A stretch of DNA of 64,000 nt, taken from assembly GCA_963720545.1 (NCBI GenBank), contig OY970399.1:3104001-3168000 (forward strand), given 5' to 3'. The notes under the pieces were generated by a model. That model did not search any database, was not told the origin of the DNA, and was given only the letters and a program-made list of their open reading frames with translations. Shown one piece after another: positions 37,241-47,559 of the stretch. A program made the translations under genes and the position numbers. This DNA comes from an uncultured Acidobacteriota bacterium. Lineage in GTDB: Bacteria > Acidobacteriota > Vicinamibacteria > Fen-336. The stretch's first letter is position 1. The number at the start of each line of letters is the position of its first letter.

Positions 37241-38152
37241 GTGGCGAGCGTGGCGATGCGTGTCGGCAATGCACCTGTGAGCTGGGCGGTCTACGAGGCC
37301 GACCGCCCGAACCCCCCGTACGCGATGGTCCTCGACCAGATCGCCGCCGCGGGCTACGGCGGCACCGAGCTGGGGCCCTACGGCTACCTGCCGACCGACC
37401 CCGCGGCGCTGCGCGCGGAACTGGCGCAACGCGGCCTCGGCCTCGGTTCGTCGTTTGTGCCGGTATCCCTCGAGTTCGCGGCGAGCCGCGCCGCGGCGGT
37501 GGCGCACGCGCGCGAAGTCGGCGCGCTGCTCGCGAGCCAGGGGGTGAAGGAGCTGATCCTCGCCGACGACGAAGACCAGCACCGCAGCGCTGTCGCCGGC
37601 CGTGTCCAGGGCAGCGACGGCTGGTCGGACGCACAGTGGGCGAACGCGGTGACGACCGTGAACGCCGTCGCGCGCACGCTGCGCGACGAGCTCGGCATGG
37701 GCGTGGTGCTGCACCACCACGCCGGCACCTTCATCGAGACGCCCGATGAGATCGAGCGCTTCCTGAGCGCGACCGATGCCGACACCGTGGGCCTGCTGCT
37801 CGACACCGGCCACCTCGTCTACGGCGGCGGCGACCCGGTGGCGCTGGTGCGCCGCCACGGCGCGCGCATCCGCTACGTGCACCTCAAGGATGCGCGCGGC
37901 GAGGAACTCGCACACATTCGCAGCAGCGACATCGGCATGGCCGACGCCTGGGCGCGCGGTGTCTTCTGCCCGCTGGGCGACGGCGTCGTCGATTTTCCGG
38001 GCGTCATCGAAGGGCTGCGCGGCCACGGCTACGACGGCTGGGTGATCGTCGAGCAGGACGTGGTGCCGGATGCTGCCGGCAAGCTGGTGCCCGAACCGTT
38101 CGCGAGTGCGCGGCGCAGCCGCGCCTACTTGCGCGACGAGCTCGGCCTGTGA
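37241..38152 (+). CDS. Sugar phosphate isomerase/epimerase TIM barrel, IolE (inosose dehydratase)-like
   Basis: GNAPVSW, GTELGPYGYLP, HHHAGTFIET, LDTGH, YVHLKD and WVIVEQD. Confidence 0.82.
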   Translation: MASVAMRVGNAPVSWAVYEADRPNPPYAMVLDQIAAAGYGGTELGPYGYLPTDPAALRAELAQRGLGLGSSFVPVSLEFAASRAAAVAHAREVGALLASQGVKELILADDEDQHRSAVAGRVQGSDGWSDAQWANAVTTVNAVARTLRDELGMGVVLHHHAGTFIETPDEIERFLSATDADTVGLLLDTGHLVYGGGDPVALVRRHGARIRYVHLKDARGEELAHIRSSDIGMADAWARGVFCPLGDGVVDFPGVIEGLRGHGYDGWVIVEQDVVPDAAGKLVPEPFASARRSRAYLRDELGL

Positions 38153-39249
38153 GCCGGCCGCTGCGCGTCGGTGTCGTCGGCTGCGGCGGCATCGCGCAGA
38201 TGATGCACCTGCCGACGCTTGCCGAACGTCCCGACCTCTTCACCATCGCCGCGCTCGCCGACGTCAGCGCGCAGACGCTGCGGGCGGTCGCGGCGCGCTA
38301 CCCGGCACCGCTGCTGACGCCGGATCCGGAGGCGGTGTTCGCCTCGCCCGAGGTCGAAGCGGTGCTGCTGCTGCACTCCGGCACGCACCACGAAGGCGCC
38401 ATCCGCGCGCTCGCGGCTGGCAAGCACGTGTTCGTGGAGAAGCCGGTGGCTTTCAGCCTCGCCGACACCGAGGCGGTGGCGCTGGCCGCGCGCCGCGCCC
38501 GCGGCACCTTCATGGTGGGCTATCACAAGCGCTACGACCCGGCGTACGGCGCCGCGCGCCGGGCGGTGCGGAGCATGAAGCAGCTGCGCTTCGTGGACGC
38601 GACCATCCTGCATCCCGACGACGGCGCCTACCGCGCTCACCATGCCGTGCTGCCCTGGCGCGCCTGGCGCGAACAGCCCGAAGCGGCGGTGTTTGCCGCC
38701 GCCGCGCGCGACGCGGAGAGAGGGCCCACGGCGGCGGCGATCGCGGCGACCGTGGGGAAGCGCGGCGGCCGCGCGCGGCGCGTCGCCGTGTCGATGCTGT
38801 TCCAGAGCCTCATTCACGACATCAACGCGCTGCGCGGCATCCTCGGCGAACCACTCGAGGTCCTCTCGGCACACACCTGGATGGACGGCATGGCGCAGTC
38901 GTCGCTGACGCGCTTCGCGGGCAATGTGCGCGTGGCGCTCACCTGGATTTATGCGGGCGGGCTCAAGAACTACGACGAGCGCGTGATCTTCGTCGCGCCA
39001 AGCCGCCGCGTCGAGCTGCGCTTCCCGTCGCCCTACCTGCGCAACGCGCCGACGCCGCTCACCATCGAACGCGCCGCCGCCGCTGATGAGCTGGTGGTGG
39101 AGCGCCACACCGTGAGTTACGACGAGGCCTTCCAGCTGGAGCTGCACCACTTCCGCGATTGTGTCCTGCGCCACAAAAAACCGCAGACCGGGATCGAAGA
39201 CGCGCTCGGTGACGCGAAGTGGATAAAGGCCATAGCAACTCGCTTGTAG
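38149..39249 (+). CDS. Gfo/Idh/MocA-family oxidoreductase
   Basis: GVVGCGGIA, HVFVEKPV and VGYHKRYDP. Confidence 0.9.
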   Translation: MSRPLRVGVVGCGGIAQMMHLPTLAERPDLFTIAALADVSAQTLRAVAARYPAPLLTPDPEAVFASPEVEAVLLLHSGTHHEGAIRALAAGKHVFVEKPVAFSLADTEAVALAARRARGTFMVGYHKRYDPAYGAARRAVRSMKQLRFVDATILHPDDGAYRAHHAVLPWRAWREQPEAAVFAAAARDAERGPTAAAIAATVGKRGGRARRVAVSMLFQSLIHDINALRGILGEPLEVLSAHTWMDGMAQSSLTRFAGNVRVALTWIYAGGLKNYDERVIFVAPSRRVELRFPSPYLRNAPTPLTIERAAAADELVVERHTVSYDEAFQLELHHFRDCVLRHKKPQTGIEDALGDAKWIKAIATRL

Positions 39250-39270
39250 CGCGAGCTAGACTGCGCAGCC

Positions 39271-40143
39271 ATGCCGACCGATGCCGCGCTGCTGGCCGAG
39301 GTGCCGTTCTTCGAGCTGCTGAGCGAAGACGAGCGCGTCGAGCTGGCCGCGAGCGCCGAGGTGCTGCGCTTCGAGCCGGGTGAACTGGTGTTTCGCTTCG
39401 GCGATCCGGGCGATTCGCTCTACGTGGTCCGCCATGGAGTCGTCGAGGTGTTCACCAAGGACGACACCGGCCGCCGCATCGTGCTCGAGTCGCCGGGCGC
39501 CGGCGATTTCTTCGGCGAGATCTCGCTGCTCGACAACGGCCCGCGCACCGCGTCGGTGATGGCGGCGAAAACCACCGAAGTGCTGCGCGTCGGCCGCCGT
39601 GAGATCGCACTTTTGCTGGTCAGCCATCCGGGTGCTGCCATGAGTGTGCTGGCTGCAACCGGCCGGCGGCTGCGCAAGACCGCGGACCTGCTGCGCCACA
39701 CGGCGTCGCGCAACGTCAACGCCGAGGCCGAGGACAAGCGCGGCGCGGTGCAGAAGGCCGCCGACTGGATCTCGGAGTTCAGCGGCAGCCTGCCGTTCCT
39801 GTTCCTGCATCTGTGCTGGTTCGGCACGTGGCTCGCCCTCAACACCCGCATCGCGGCGGAGCTCGGCCTGCCGCAGGCGCTCACCGGCTTCGATCCGCCG
39901 CCCTTCGGCCTTTTGACGCTGATCGTGTCGCTCGAGGCGATCATCCTCTCGGTGTTCGTGCTGCTCAGCCAGAACCGGCAGGCCGCGAAGGACCGCGTGC
40001 GCTCCGACGTGGAGTACGAGGTGAACCTCAAGGCGGAGCTCGAGATCGCCCACCTGCACGAGAAGGTGGACCACATGAACAGCGCCATCCTCGAGCGCCT
40101 CTCGACACTGGAGCGCAACGGAGCGAGCGCCAAACCCCGGTAA
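39271..40143 (+). CDS. Cyclic-nucleotide-binding domain + DUF1003 membrane domain protein
   Basis: FFGEISLLDNGPRTASV; FDPPPFGLLTLIVSLEAIILSVFVLLSQNRQ. Confidence 0.88.
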   Translation: MPTDAALLAEVPFFELLSEDERVELAASAEVLRFEPGELVFRFGDPGDSLYVVRHGVVEVFTKDDTGRRIVLESPGAGDFFGEISLLDNGPRTASVMAAKTTEVLRVGRREIALLLVSHPGAAMSVLAATGRRLRKTADLLRHTASRNVNAEAEDKRGAVQKAADWISEFSGSLPFLFLHLCWFGTWLALNTRIAAELGLPQALTGFDPPPFGLLTLIVSLEAIILSVFVLLSQNRQAAKDRVRSDVEYEVNLKAELEIAHLHEKVDHMNSAILERLSTLERNGASAKPR

Positions 40144-40291
40144 ATATTGCGCGCGGGCCTTTTTTTCTGGATCTGCGCGCTTGCGCTCGTTACTCTCGGC
40201 TAAACATCGTGCCCGCGTGAGCCGAAGGCTTGCCGCGAGCGAACCTCACACGACGCGTTGACGCGTCCCTCTTCCCTCCGGGAGGGACCCC

Positions 40292-41851
40292 TTGCTTAAT
40301 CCTCGCTACCTCAGCCACTGCCGTAGCTTCGCCTTTGCGGCCGCCGTTGCCTCAGCCTTCGTTCCCTCGACCTCGACACGCGCCCTCGGCGCCGACCAGG
40401 CCGTGCGCGGCGGCGTACAAGGCGCGTGGGGCCCGCGCTACACGCCGCGCGGTCATCACCCCTGGCCGCGGTACCCGCGGCCATTCGACCTGACGCAGCG
40501 CATCCTGCTTTGGAACCAGATCGCGGTCGACGCCAGCGGCTTCGACCACACGCCGCCGGCGCCGGGCGAAACCCGCGTCTTCGGCGAGCAGCTCGGCCCC
40601 GGCCGCTCCGCGCGCGCCATGGCCATCGTCCACATCGCGCTCTTCGACGCGCTCGCGTCGATCACTGGCGGCTATGAAACCTTCACCGGCCTGCGCTCCA
40701 GCCGCTTCGCCTCGCCGGATGCGGCGATCGCGCAAGCGGCACACGACGCGCTCGTCTACGCGTTCCCGTCGCAGGCCGCGGCATTCGACGCGCTGCTCGC
40801 CGAGGACCTCGGCCGGCTGCGCGACGGATGGCGCAAGGCCGAGGGCATCGAAGCGGGCCGCCGCGCCGCCGCGGCGATCGTCGACGACCGCCGCAGCGAC
40901 GGGTCCGACCATCCCGAGCCGCGCCTGGGCGTCGACTGGCAGACGAGCATCGATCCCGGCCACTGGCGCCAGGATCCGATGAGCCTCGGCCCGCTCGCGC
41001 TGGGCGCGCACTGGGCGGAGGTGCGGACGTTCGTGCTGGAGTCGGCCGACCAGTTTCGCGTGCCGCCGCCGCCCGACATGACGAGCCCCGAATACGCCGC
41101 CGCCTACGCGGAGGCGAAGCGCCTGGGCGGCGTGGGCGTCCCGATCACGGCCACCGACCGCACCCCGGAACAGACGCAGATCGGCACCTACTGGGCATAC
41201 GACGGCACGCCCTCGCTGTGCGCGCCGCCGCGACTCTACAACCAGATCACGACCACCATCGCGAAGCAGCGCGGCACCCGCGGTGTCGCACTCGCGCGCC
41301 TGCTGGCGCTTCTCAACGTGTCGCTGGCCGACGCCGGCATCGCCATCTGGGAGTCGAAGTACCACTACGACGTCTGGCGGCCGATCACCGGTATCCGCGA
41401 GTCCGATCCCGGCACGGGCCAGACCGGTATCGGCGACGGCAACCCCGCGACCGGCGGCGATCCCGGCTGGACGCCGCTGGGCGCACCCGCGAGCAACCTG
41501 AGCGGGCCGAACTTCACGCCGCCGTTCCCGACCTATCCGTCCGGCCACGCCGGCTTCGGCGGCGCGCTGTTCGAGGTGCTGCGCCGTTTCTACCGCACCG
41601 ACCGGATCCGCTTCACGTTCACCTCCGACGAGCTGAACGGCGAGACGGTCGGCAACGACGGCCACGTGCGGCCGCTGGTGCCGCGCACCTTCAATTCGCT
41701 GTCACAAGCCGAGGAAGAGAACGGCCAGAGCCGCATCTACCTCGGCATTCACTGGAGCTTCGACAAGGTCGAAGGCATCCGCCAGGGACGGCAGGTGGCC
41801 GACTACGTCTTCGCGCGCACGTTCCGGCCGCGCTGGCCGTTCTTGCGCTGA
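40292..41851 (+). CDS. Vanadium-dependent haloperoxidase (PAP2 superfamily)
   Basis: Vanadate-binding motifs WESKYHYDVWRP, YPSGH and SRIYLGIHW. The start position is uncertain. Confidence 0.82.
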   Translation: MLNPRYLSHCRSFAFAAAVASAFVPSTSTRALGADQAVRGGVQGAWGPRYTPRGHHPWPRYPRPFDLTQRILLWNQIAVDASGFDHTPPAPGETRVFGEQLGPGRSARAMAIVHIALFDALASITGGYETFTGLRSSRFASPDAAIAQAAHDALVYAFPSQAAAFDALLAEDLGRLRDGWRKAEGIEAGRRAAAAIVDDRRSDGSDHPEPRLGVDWQTSIDPGHWRQDPMSLGPLALGAHWAEVRTFVLESADQFRVPPPPDMTSPEYAAAYAEAKRLGGVGVPITATDRTPEQTQIGTYWAYDGTPSLCAPPRLYNQITTTIAKQRGTRGVALARLLALLNVSLADAGIAIWESKYHYDVWRPITGIRESDPGTGQTGIGDGNPATGGDPGWTPLGAPASNLSGPNFTPPFPTYPSGHAGFGGALFEVLRRFYRTDRIRFTFTSDELNGETVGNDGHVRPLVPRTFNSLSQAEEENGQSRIYLGIHWSFDKVEGIRQGRQVADYVFARTFRPRWPFLR

Positions 41852-41881
41852 GCTCCCCGGGGAGCCGCCTAGGCGGCTCCC
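41852..41881. terminator. Overlapping palindromes between convergent genes
   Basis: GCTCCCCGGGGAGC at 41852-41865 and GGGAGCCGCCTAGGCGGCTCCC at 41860-41881. Confidence 0.4.
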
Positions 41882-42753
41882 TCGACCGCCGCATCGATCG
41901 CGGCGGAAACATCCGGTCGATCCGTGCGGAACTGCGCGGCGTTCTTCGGCAGCAGCTTCACGTCGCTGGCGATGCCCAGCAGCGACAGCGTGCGGATGAT
42001 CACCCAGTTGGTGTCGAACTCCCACCACGCGTGGCCATGGCGCGCCGAGCGCTGGAAGGCGTGGTGGTTGTTGTGCCAGCCCTCGCCCCAGGCGAGCAGG
42101 CCGACCCACCAGCAGTTGGTGGAGCCTTCGGGCGTGTTGTAGGTGCGGTAGCCGAAGGTGTGTGCCGCCGAGTTCACGAGCCAGGTGACGTGCACCGTGG
42201 TGACGATGCGCAGGAACACGCCCCAGGCGACGAGGTGGAAGCCGCCCCACGCGTAGAGGGCGAGGCCGACGAGGATGTTCGGCAGGACGTGCACGCGGTT
42301 TGCGATCCGGTGCACGGGGTCGGCGACCATCTCGGGCGCGTAGCGCTTCTCGAGTTCGCGGCGGTCGGTGCCGAGCTCGGTGAAGATCCAGCCCCAGTGC
42401 GCCCACCAGAAGCCGTCCTTCGGCGTGTGCAGGTCCTTCTGCGGGCGGTCCGACATGATGTGGTGGTAGCGGTGCATCGCCACCCACGAAATGGCGCCGC
42501 CTTCGGAGGCGAGCATGCCGCAGAAAGTGCCGAAGTACTCGAACCACTTCGGCACCTTGTAGCCGCGATGGGTGAGCAGGCGATGGAAGGTCACGCCGAT
42601 GCCCATCGAACCGCCGAGCCAGTGGAGGAACAGGAAGACGAAGAGGCCGGTCCACGAGAACTGCGTGAACGCGAACAGTGCGAGGACGTGGACTACTCCG
42701 AAGTAAACGACGTTCACCCATTCGAAGCGGTGTCCGTTCCAGGTCAGGGCCAT
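41869..42753 (-). CDS. Delta-9-type fatty acid desaturase
   Basis: His boxes HRLLTH, HRYHH and GEGWHNNHH. Confidence 0.92.
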   Translation of the reverse strand: MALTWNGHRFEWVNVVYFGVVHVLALFAFTQFSWTGLFVFLFLHWLGGSMGIGVTFHRLLTHRGYKVPKWFEYFGTFCGMLASEGGAISWVAMHRYHHIMSDRPQKDLHTPKDGFWWAHWGWIFTELGTDRRELEKRYAPEMVADPVHRIANRVHVLPNILVGLALYAWGGFHLVAWGVFLRIVTTVHVTWLVNSAAHTFGYRTYNTPEGSTNCWWVGLLAWGEGWHNNHHAFQRSARHGHAWWEFDTNWVIIRTLSLLGIASDVKLLPKNAAQFRTDRPDVSAAIDAAVEGAA

Positions 42754-42881
42754 GTCTTCCTTCTTCTCCAGAAACAGCGTGATTGGGACAGGATCGTCAC
42801 AAACGAAGCTAACAGTCCATGGCTCAGTCGTTTGTCAGAGTTGTGTAATACGTGCTCCAACCCACCCGGGGGTGCTAGCAT

Positions 42882-42900
42882 CCCCTAAGTAACTTATGGG
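42882..42900 (+). promoter_or_regulatory. Putative PadR autoregulatory palindrome overlapping the start codon
   Basis: CCCcTAAGT-A-ACTTAtGGG spans the ATG at 42896, with TAGCAT just upstream. Confidence 0.5.
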
Positions 42901-43216
42901 TGAGTTCCTGCCGGGTACCCTCGACATGTTGGTGCTGAAGACGCTGTCGCGCGGCGAAGCGCATGGCTATGCGATAGCGCTCGCGATCCAGCGCGCCTCC
43001 GCCGAGGTCCTGAGCGTCGAGGAGGGGGCGCTCTACCCGGCGCTCCATCGCCTCGAAGTGCGCGGCTTCCTGAAGTCGCGCTGGGGCACGTCCGACAACA
43101 ACCGGCGCGCGAAGTACTACCGCCTCAGCGTCCTGGGCGAGCGCGAGCTGCAGGCGGAGACCGCCTACTGGAGCCGCGTCGCCGCGGCCGTGACGCGCGT
43201 GGTGGAGTCGTCTTGA
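42896..43216 (+). CDS. PadR-family transcriptional regulator (acidobacterial type)
   Basis: GTLDMLVLKTL..HGYAIA..EEGALYPALHRLE..NNRRAKYY. Confidence 0.92.
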   Translation: MGEFLPGTLDMLVLKTLSRGEAHGYAIALAIQRASAEVLSVEEGALYPALHRLEVRGFLKSRWGTSDNNRRAKYYRLSVLGERELQAETAYWSRVAAAVTRVVESS

Positions 43217-45879
43217 AGCCGCTGCCTGCCGCGAACTCCGTGTGGAACCGGGTACACGCGCTGTTCCGCCGCCGCCGCCTCGCGCGCGACATCGACGACG
43301 AAATGGCCTTCCACCTCGAGATGCGCGAAGCGGCGGCGCGCGCGGCGGGCGAGAGGGAACCGGGCGTCGCCGCGAGGCGCGGCTTCGGCAGCATCGGCGC
43401 GCATTCCGAAGGAGCCCTGGACATGTGGACCTTTCCGTCGCTCGAGAGCATCCTCGCGGACCTGCGCTACGCCGTGCGCTCGCTGGCGCGCGCGCCGCTC
43501 TTCACCACGGTGGCGGTGCTGATGCTGGCGCTCGGCATCGGCGCCAACACCGCCATCTACAGCCTGGTGAACTCGGTCTTCGTGCGCGGGCTGCCGTACC
43601 CCGAGCCGCAGCGGCTGGTGGTCCTGACCGGCAACGTCGAGCGCACCAATGGCGTGGAGCGGCGCGGCGGCTCCTATCCCGACTTCCTCGACTGGCGCGC
43701 GCAGTCGACGAAGTTCGACGACCTCGCGGTCTACGAGGGCACCTCGGGTACGCTGCGCGAGGGCGACGAACCGGAGCGCGTGCAGCTGGAGGTGGTGTCG
43801 CCGCAGTACTTCGACCTGCTCGGCATCCGCCCCGTGGCGGGCCGCATGCTGCAGGCGCAGGACGAAGGGCCGCAGGCGGCGCCGGTGGTGGTGATGAGCA
43901 ACGGACTCTGGCAGCGCCGCTACGGCGCCGACTCCGGGGTCGTCGGCCGCACCGTGCGCTTCGGCCCCGACGTTGTCACCGTCGTGGGCGTGGCGCCACC
44001 CGGGTTCAAGGGGCTGACCGACCAGGCGGAGGCGTGGCTGCCGTATTTCTCCTACGTGGGCGCCGGCACCGACCTCGAGCGCGGCAACCGCAGTTTCCAG
44101 GTGCTGGGCCGGCTGAAGCGGGGAATTGCCGTGAAGGAGGCGCAGGTCGAGATCGACGGCGTCGCCCGCAGCCTCGCCCTCGCGTATCCGGATACCAACG
44201 AGAAGCGCGGCGTCGAAATCAGCCAGTTGTCCACCGAGATCTTCGGCGACCTGCGCACGGCCCTTGCGGTGCTGATGGCGGCCGTCACGCTGGTGCTGCT
44301 CATCGCCTGCACCAACGTCGCGAACCTGCTGATCGCGCGTTCCGAGACGCGCCGCCGCGAGATCGCGGTGCGCGCCGCGCTCGGCGCGGGCCGTTTGCGG
44401 CTGTGGCGCCAGCTCCTGACCGAGAGCCTGGTGCTGAGCATCCTCGGCGCAGCCGCCGGCCTCGCGGTCGCGTTCGTCGCCCTGCGCTGGCTCGTCGCGT
44501 TGAGCCCGGTGACCTTGCCGTCCTTCGTCGTCCCGGGGCTCGATGGCGCGGCCCTCGCCTGGAGCATCGGCCTGGCGCTTCTCTGCGGCACGCTTCTGGG
44601 CCTGGCGCCGGCGAGCCATGCGCGCCCCGAGGTTCTGGGCGAATCGCTGAAGAGCGCCGCGCGCGGCGGCACCGGCGCCGGCTCGCAGCGCACCCGCTCG
44701 CTGCTCGTCGTCGCCGAGGTGTCGCTCGCGGTGATGCTGCTGGTCTCGGCCGGACTCATGATCCGCTCGATGGGCAAGCTGCTCGCCATCGACCCCGGCT
44801 ACGATCCGCAGTCGCTCCTCACCCTGAGCGTCAACATTCCGCGGCTGCCGGCGCCGAGCCCGCAGCCGCCGGACGCGTCGCCGCGGCCGCTCGCGATCCC
44901 GTCGCAGGCGATGCTCGAAAGGCTGCGTGCCATTCCCGGCGTCGCGGCGGCGAGCCTCAGCAGCGACGTGCCCCTGGGAGCGACGAGCAGCGCGGGTTTC
45001 TACACGGCCGAGGGCGACACGTCCACGGGTGCACAGACGGCGCCGCGCGCCTACCTGCACCGGGTCTCGCCGTCCTTCTTCGCCACGCTCGGCATCAAGG
45101 TCAAGGCCGGCCGCGCGATCGAAACCGCCGACGGCCTGGAAGAGCGCAGCGTGGCAGTGGTGAGCGAAAGCCTGGTGAGGCGTTTCTGGCCGAACGAGGA
45201 TGGCCTGGGCAAGCGCATTCGCATCGGCCCGGCGACCCGGCCCTGGATCGAGATCGTCGGCGTCGTCGCGGACGTGAAGTACCGCGGCCTGCCGCGCAAC
45301 CCGACCGCCGACCCCGACGTCTACCTGCCGTTCGCCGATCGCTCCAACCAGGCGCTCATCCTGAGGACGACAGTCGATCCCCAGGGCGTGGTGCCGGCGG
45401 TGCGCGCGGCGCTGCGCGCGGCCGATCCCGGGATCGTCGTCTTCAACGCCGAGACCATGAGCACCCTGGTGGCCGCACAGACGCAGGCGGCGCGCTTCAC
45501 CGGCTGGCTCCTCGGTCTCTTCGCCACCGCCGCGCTCGCGCTCGCCGCGGTCGGCATCTACGGGGTGATGTCGTACCTCGTCACGCTGCGCGAGCGCGAG
45601 TTCGGCATTCGCCTGGCGCTCGGCGCCGGTCGCCGGCAGCTGGTGCGGCTGGTGGCGCAGGAAGGCGCGTGGCTCGTCGGCATCGGCCTCGCCGCCGGCA
45701 GCGCCGCGTCGTTCCTGCTCTATCGGCTGATGCGCAGCCTGCTGTACGAAGTCAGCGCGGTTGACCCGGCCGCCGCCCTGGGCATAGCGGTGCTCGCCGT
45801 CGTCGCGCTCCTCGCGTGCTGCGTGCCGGCCATCCGCGCGTCGCGCACCGATCCAGCGGTGACCCTGCGCGCGGAGTAA
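43213..45879 (+). CDS. Duplicated MacB/FtsX-type ABC permease (ADOP)
   Basis: DIDDEMAFHLEM, LALGIGANTAIYS, LLIACTNVANLL and REFGIRLALGA; follows PadR. Confidence 0.9.
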   Translation: MKPLPAANSVWNRVHALFRRRRLARDIDDEMAFHLEMREAAARAAGEREPGVAARRGFGSIGAHSEGALDMWTFPSLESILADLRYAVRSLARAPLFTTVAVLMLALGIGANTAIYSLVNSVFVRGLPYPEPQRLVVLTGNVERTNGVERRGGSYPDFLDWRAQSTKFDDLAVYEGTSGTLREGDEPERVQLEVVSPQYFDLLGIRPVAGRMLQAQDEGPQAAPVVVMSNGLWQRRYGADSGVVGRTVRFGPDVVTVVGVAPPGFKGLTDQAEAWLPYFSYVGAGTDLERGNRSFQVLGRLKRGIAVKEAQVEIDGVARSLALAYPDTNEKRGVEISQLSTEIFGDLRTALAVLMAAVTLVLLIACTNVANLLIARSETRRREIAVRAALGAGRLRLWRQLLTESLVLSILGAAAGLAVAFVALRWLVALSPVTLPSFVVPGLDGAALAWSIGLALLCGTLLGLAPASHARPEVLGESLKSAARGGTGAGSQRTRSLLVVAEVSLAVMLLVSAGLMIRSMGKLLAIDPGYDPQSLLTLSVNIPRLPAPSPQPPDASPRPLAIPSQAMLERLRAIPGVAAASLSSDVPLGATSSAGFYTAEGDTSTGAQTAPRAYLHRVSPSFFATLGIKVKAGRAIETADGLEERSVAVVSESLVRRFWPNEDGLGKRIRIGPATRPWIEIVGVVADVKYRGLPRNPTADPDVYLPFADRSNQALILRTTVDPQGVVPAVRAALRAADPGIVVFNAETMSTLVAAQTQAARFTGWLLGLFATAALALAAVGIYGVMSYLVTLREREFGIRLALGAGRRQLVRLVAQEGAWLVGIGLAAGSAASFLLYRLMRSLLYEVSAVDPAAALGIAVLAVVALLACCVPAIRASRTDPAVTLRAE

Positions 45880-45889
45880 CCTGTCCGGC

Positions 45890-46420
45890 ATGCCGGGTGC
45901 GAGTCAGCGGCAGCTGGCCGAGCGCGCGCTCGATGCACGCGCGTCGCCGGATGCCGACGACGAGGAGACGCGCGAATGGCCCGCGGTGGCGGGGCGGTTG
46001 CGCGCCGCGCGCGAGGGCGCCGGCCTCAGCAACAGCGCGCTGGCGAGCCGGCTGGGAATGACCGTCGAGTCGTACGACGACCTCGAGCGCCGCGACGACG
46101 ACATCTTCACCGTGCCGTCGCTGCGCGATATCGCCCTGCTTGCGCAACTCGTCGGCACCATCCCGCGCCTGATGCTGCTGGGCCCCGAGGCTGCCGCCAC
46201 GAACGAACCGCTGAGCTTCGAGGACGTCATCGCGCTGCTGGCGCAGCGCATGGACACCTCCGGCGAAACCATGGAAGAACTGATTCACGAGATCGGCTGG
46301 GACGTGCGCGAACTGATCCACGACCCCCAGGAACTGTGGAGCTACAGTGTCGAAGGCCTGTACGAGGTGTGCAAGGCGGTCCGTGCCGACTGGGTGGCGG
46401 CCCTTCCCGAGTCGATCTGA
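45890..46420 (+). CDS. XRE-type helix-turn-helix protein
   Basis: RLRAAREGAGLSNSALASRLGMTVESYDDLE. Confidence 0.65.
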   Translation: MPGASQRQLAERALDARASPDADDEETREWPAVAGRLRAAREGAGLSNSALASRLGMTVESYDDLERRDDDIFTVPSLRDIALLAQLVGTIPRLMLLGPEAAATNEPLSFEDVIALLAQRMDTSGETMEELIHEIGWDVRELIHDPQELWSYSVEGLYEVCKAVRADWVAALPESI

Positions 46421-46542
46421 GCCGTCCTGCATCACAAACGGCCGGCCGCCGGGCCGGGAGTGACGCCGCTCAGCACCAGGCGGCGCGTCGGCGGATGTAG
46501 CCTCCTGGTGTGGGCGAGCCTGCTGGCTTCACGCTCGAGCCG

Positions 46543-47547
46543 ATGCACCGGCGTTTCCTGACCGCGTGCGCGGTGACTGCCGCCGTCCTGTGCCCGGCTC
46601 CCAGGATCGCCTCGACCCTGCCCTACGACTACTACGTCATCGGCAATCCCGCGGACGTCAAGGCCACGACCCGCTTCGGCATCGCCCTCGTCGGCGGCGG
46701 CAAGGACGTGGACGCCGTCTTCGAGTGGATGAGCGAGCGCGCCGGCGGCGGCGACTTCGTCGTGATCCGCGCCTCGGGCGACGACGCCTACAACGACTAC
46801 GTCGACCACCTCGGGCAGTTCGATTCGGTCGAGACGCTGGTGCTGAAGAACCGCGCCGCCTCCTCCGATCCGTTCGTGCTGGCGAAGATCCGCGGCGCGG
46901 ACGCCTTGTTCATCGCCGGCGGCGACCAGTCGAACTACGTCGAGTACTGGAAGGAAACCCCGGTCGCGAACGCCATCCAGGAGCTCGCGAAGCGCGGCGT
47001 GCCGATCGGCGCCACCAGCGCCGGCACCGCGGTCCTCGGCGAGACCGCGAACGCGGCCCTGCGCGGCTCGACCCGCTCGCGCCAGGCGCTCGCCGACCCG
47101 TACAGCGCCGAGGTCTCGCTCGACCACAACTTCCTGCGCCTGCCGTTCATGGACGAAGTGATGACCGACCAGCACTTCGTCGAGCGCGACCGCATGGGAC
47201 GCACGCTCGCGTTCATGGCGCGCACCGTCGCCGAAGGCTGGCGCGAACGCTCGTGGGCGATTGCCATCGACCGCGAGACGGCCGTGCTGATCGACGACAC
47301 CGGCAAGGCACGGGTGGTGGCGAACGCCGGCCACCGGACGCCGTACGCCTACTTCCTGCGCGGCGGCAAGCCGCAGGTGGTGGCGCCGCGCACGCCGCTC
47401 ACCTACCGCGGCATCGGTGTCGATCGCGCCGCGCCAGGAAGCGAGTTCGACATTCCCACCTGGCGCGGCTCGTACGTGACCTCTTATGAACTCGACGTCG
47501 ACGACGGCGTCATCAAGTCGACGCAGGAAAACGGCGCCCCGTACTAG
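46543..47547 (+). CDS. Secreted cyanophycinase-like peptidase (S51)
   Basis: FIAGGDQSNY, GATSAG and DQHFVERDRMGR; signal peptide. Confidence 0.85.
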   Translation: MHRRFLTACAVTAAVLCPAPRIASTLPYDYYVIGNPADVKATTRFGIALVGGGKDVDAVFEWMSERAGGGDFVVIRASGDDAYNDYVDHLGQFDSVETLVLKNRAASSDPFVLAKIRGADALFIAGGDQSNYVEYWKETPVANAIQELAKRGVPIGATSAGTAVLGETANAALRGSTRSRQALADPYSAEVSLDHNFLRLPFMDEVMTDQHFVERDRMGRTLAFMARTVAEGWRERSWAIAIDRETAVLIDDTGKARVVANAGHRTPYAYFLRGGKPQVVAPRTPLTYRGIGVDRAAPGSEFDIPTWRGSYVTSYELDVDDGVIKSTQENGAPY

Positions 47548-47559
47548 CGGGGCTCAGGG

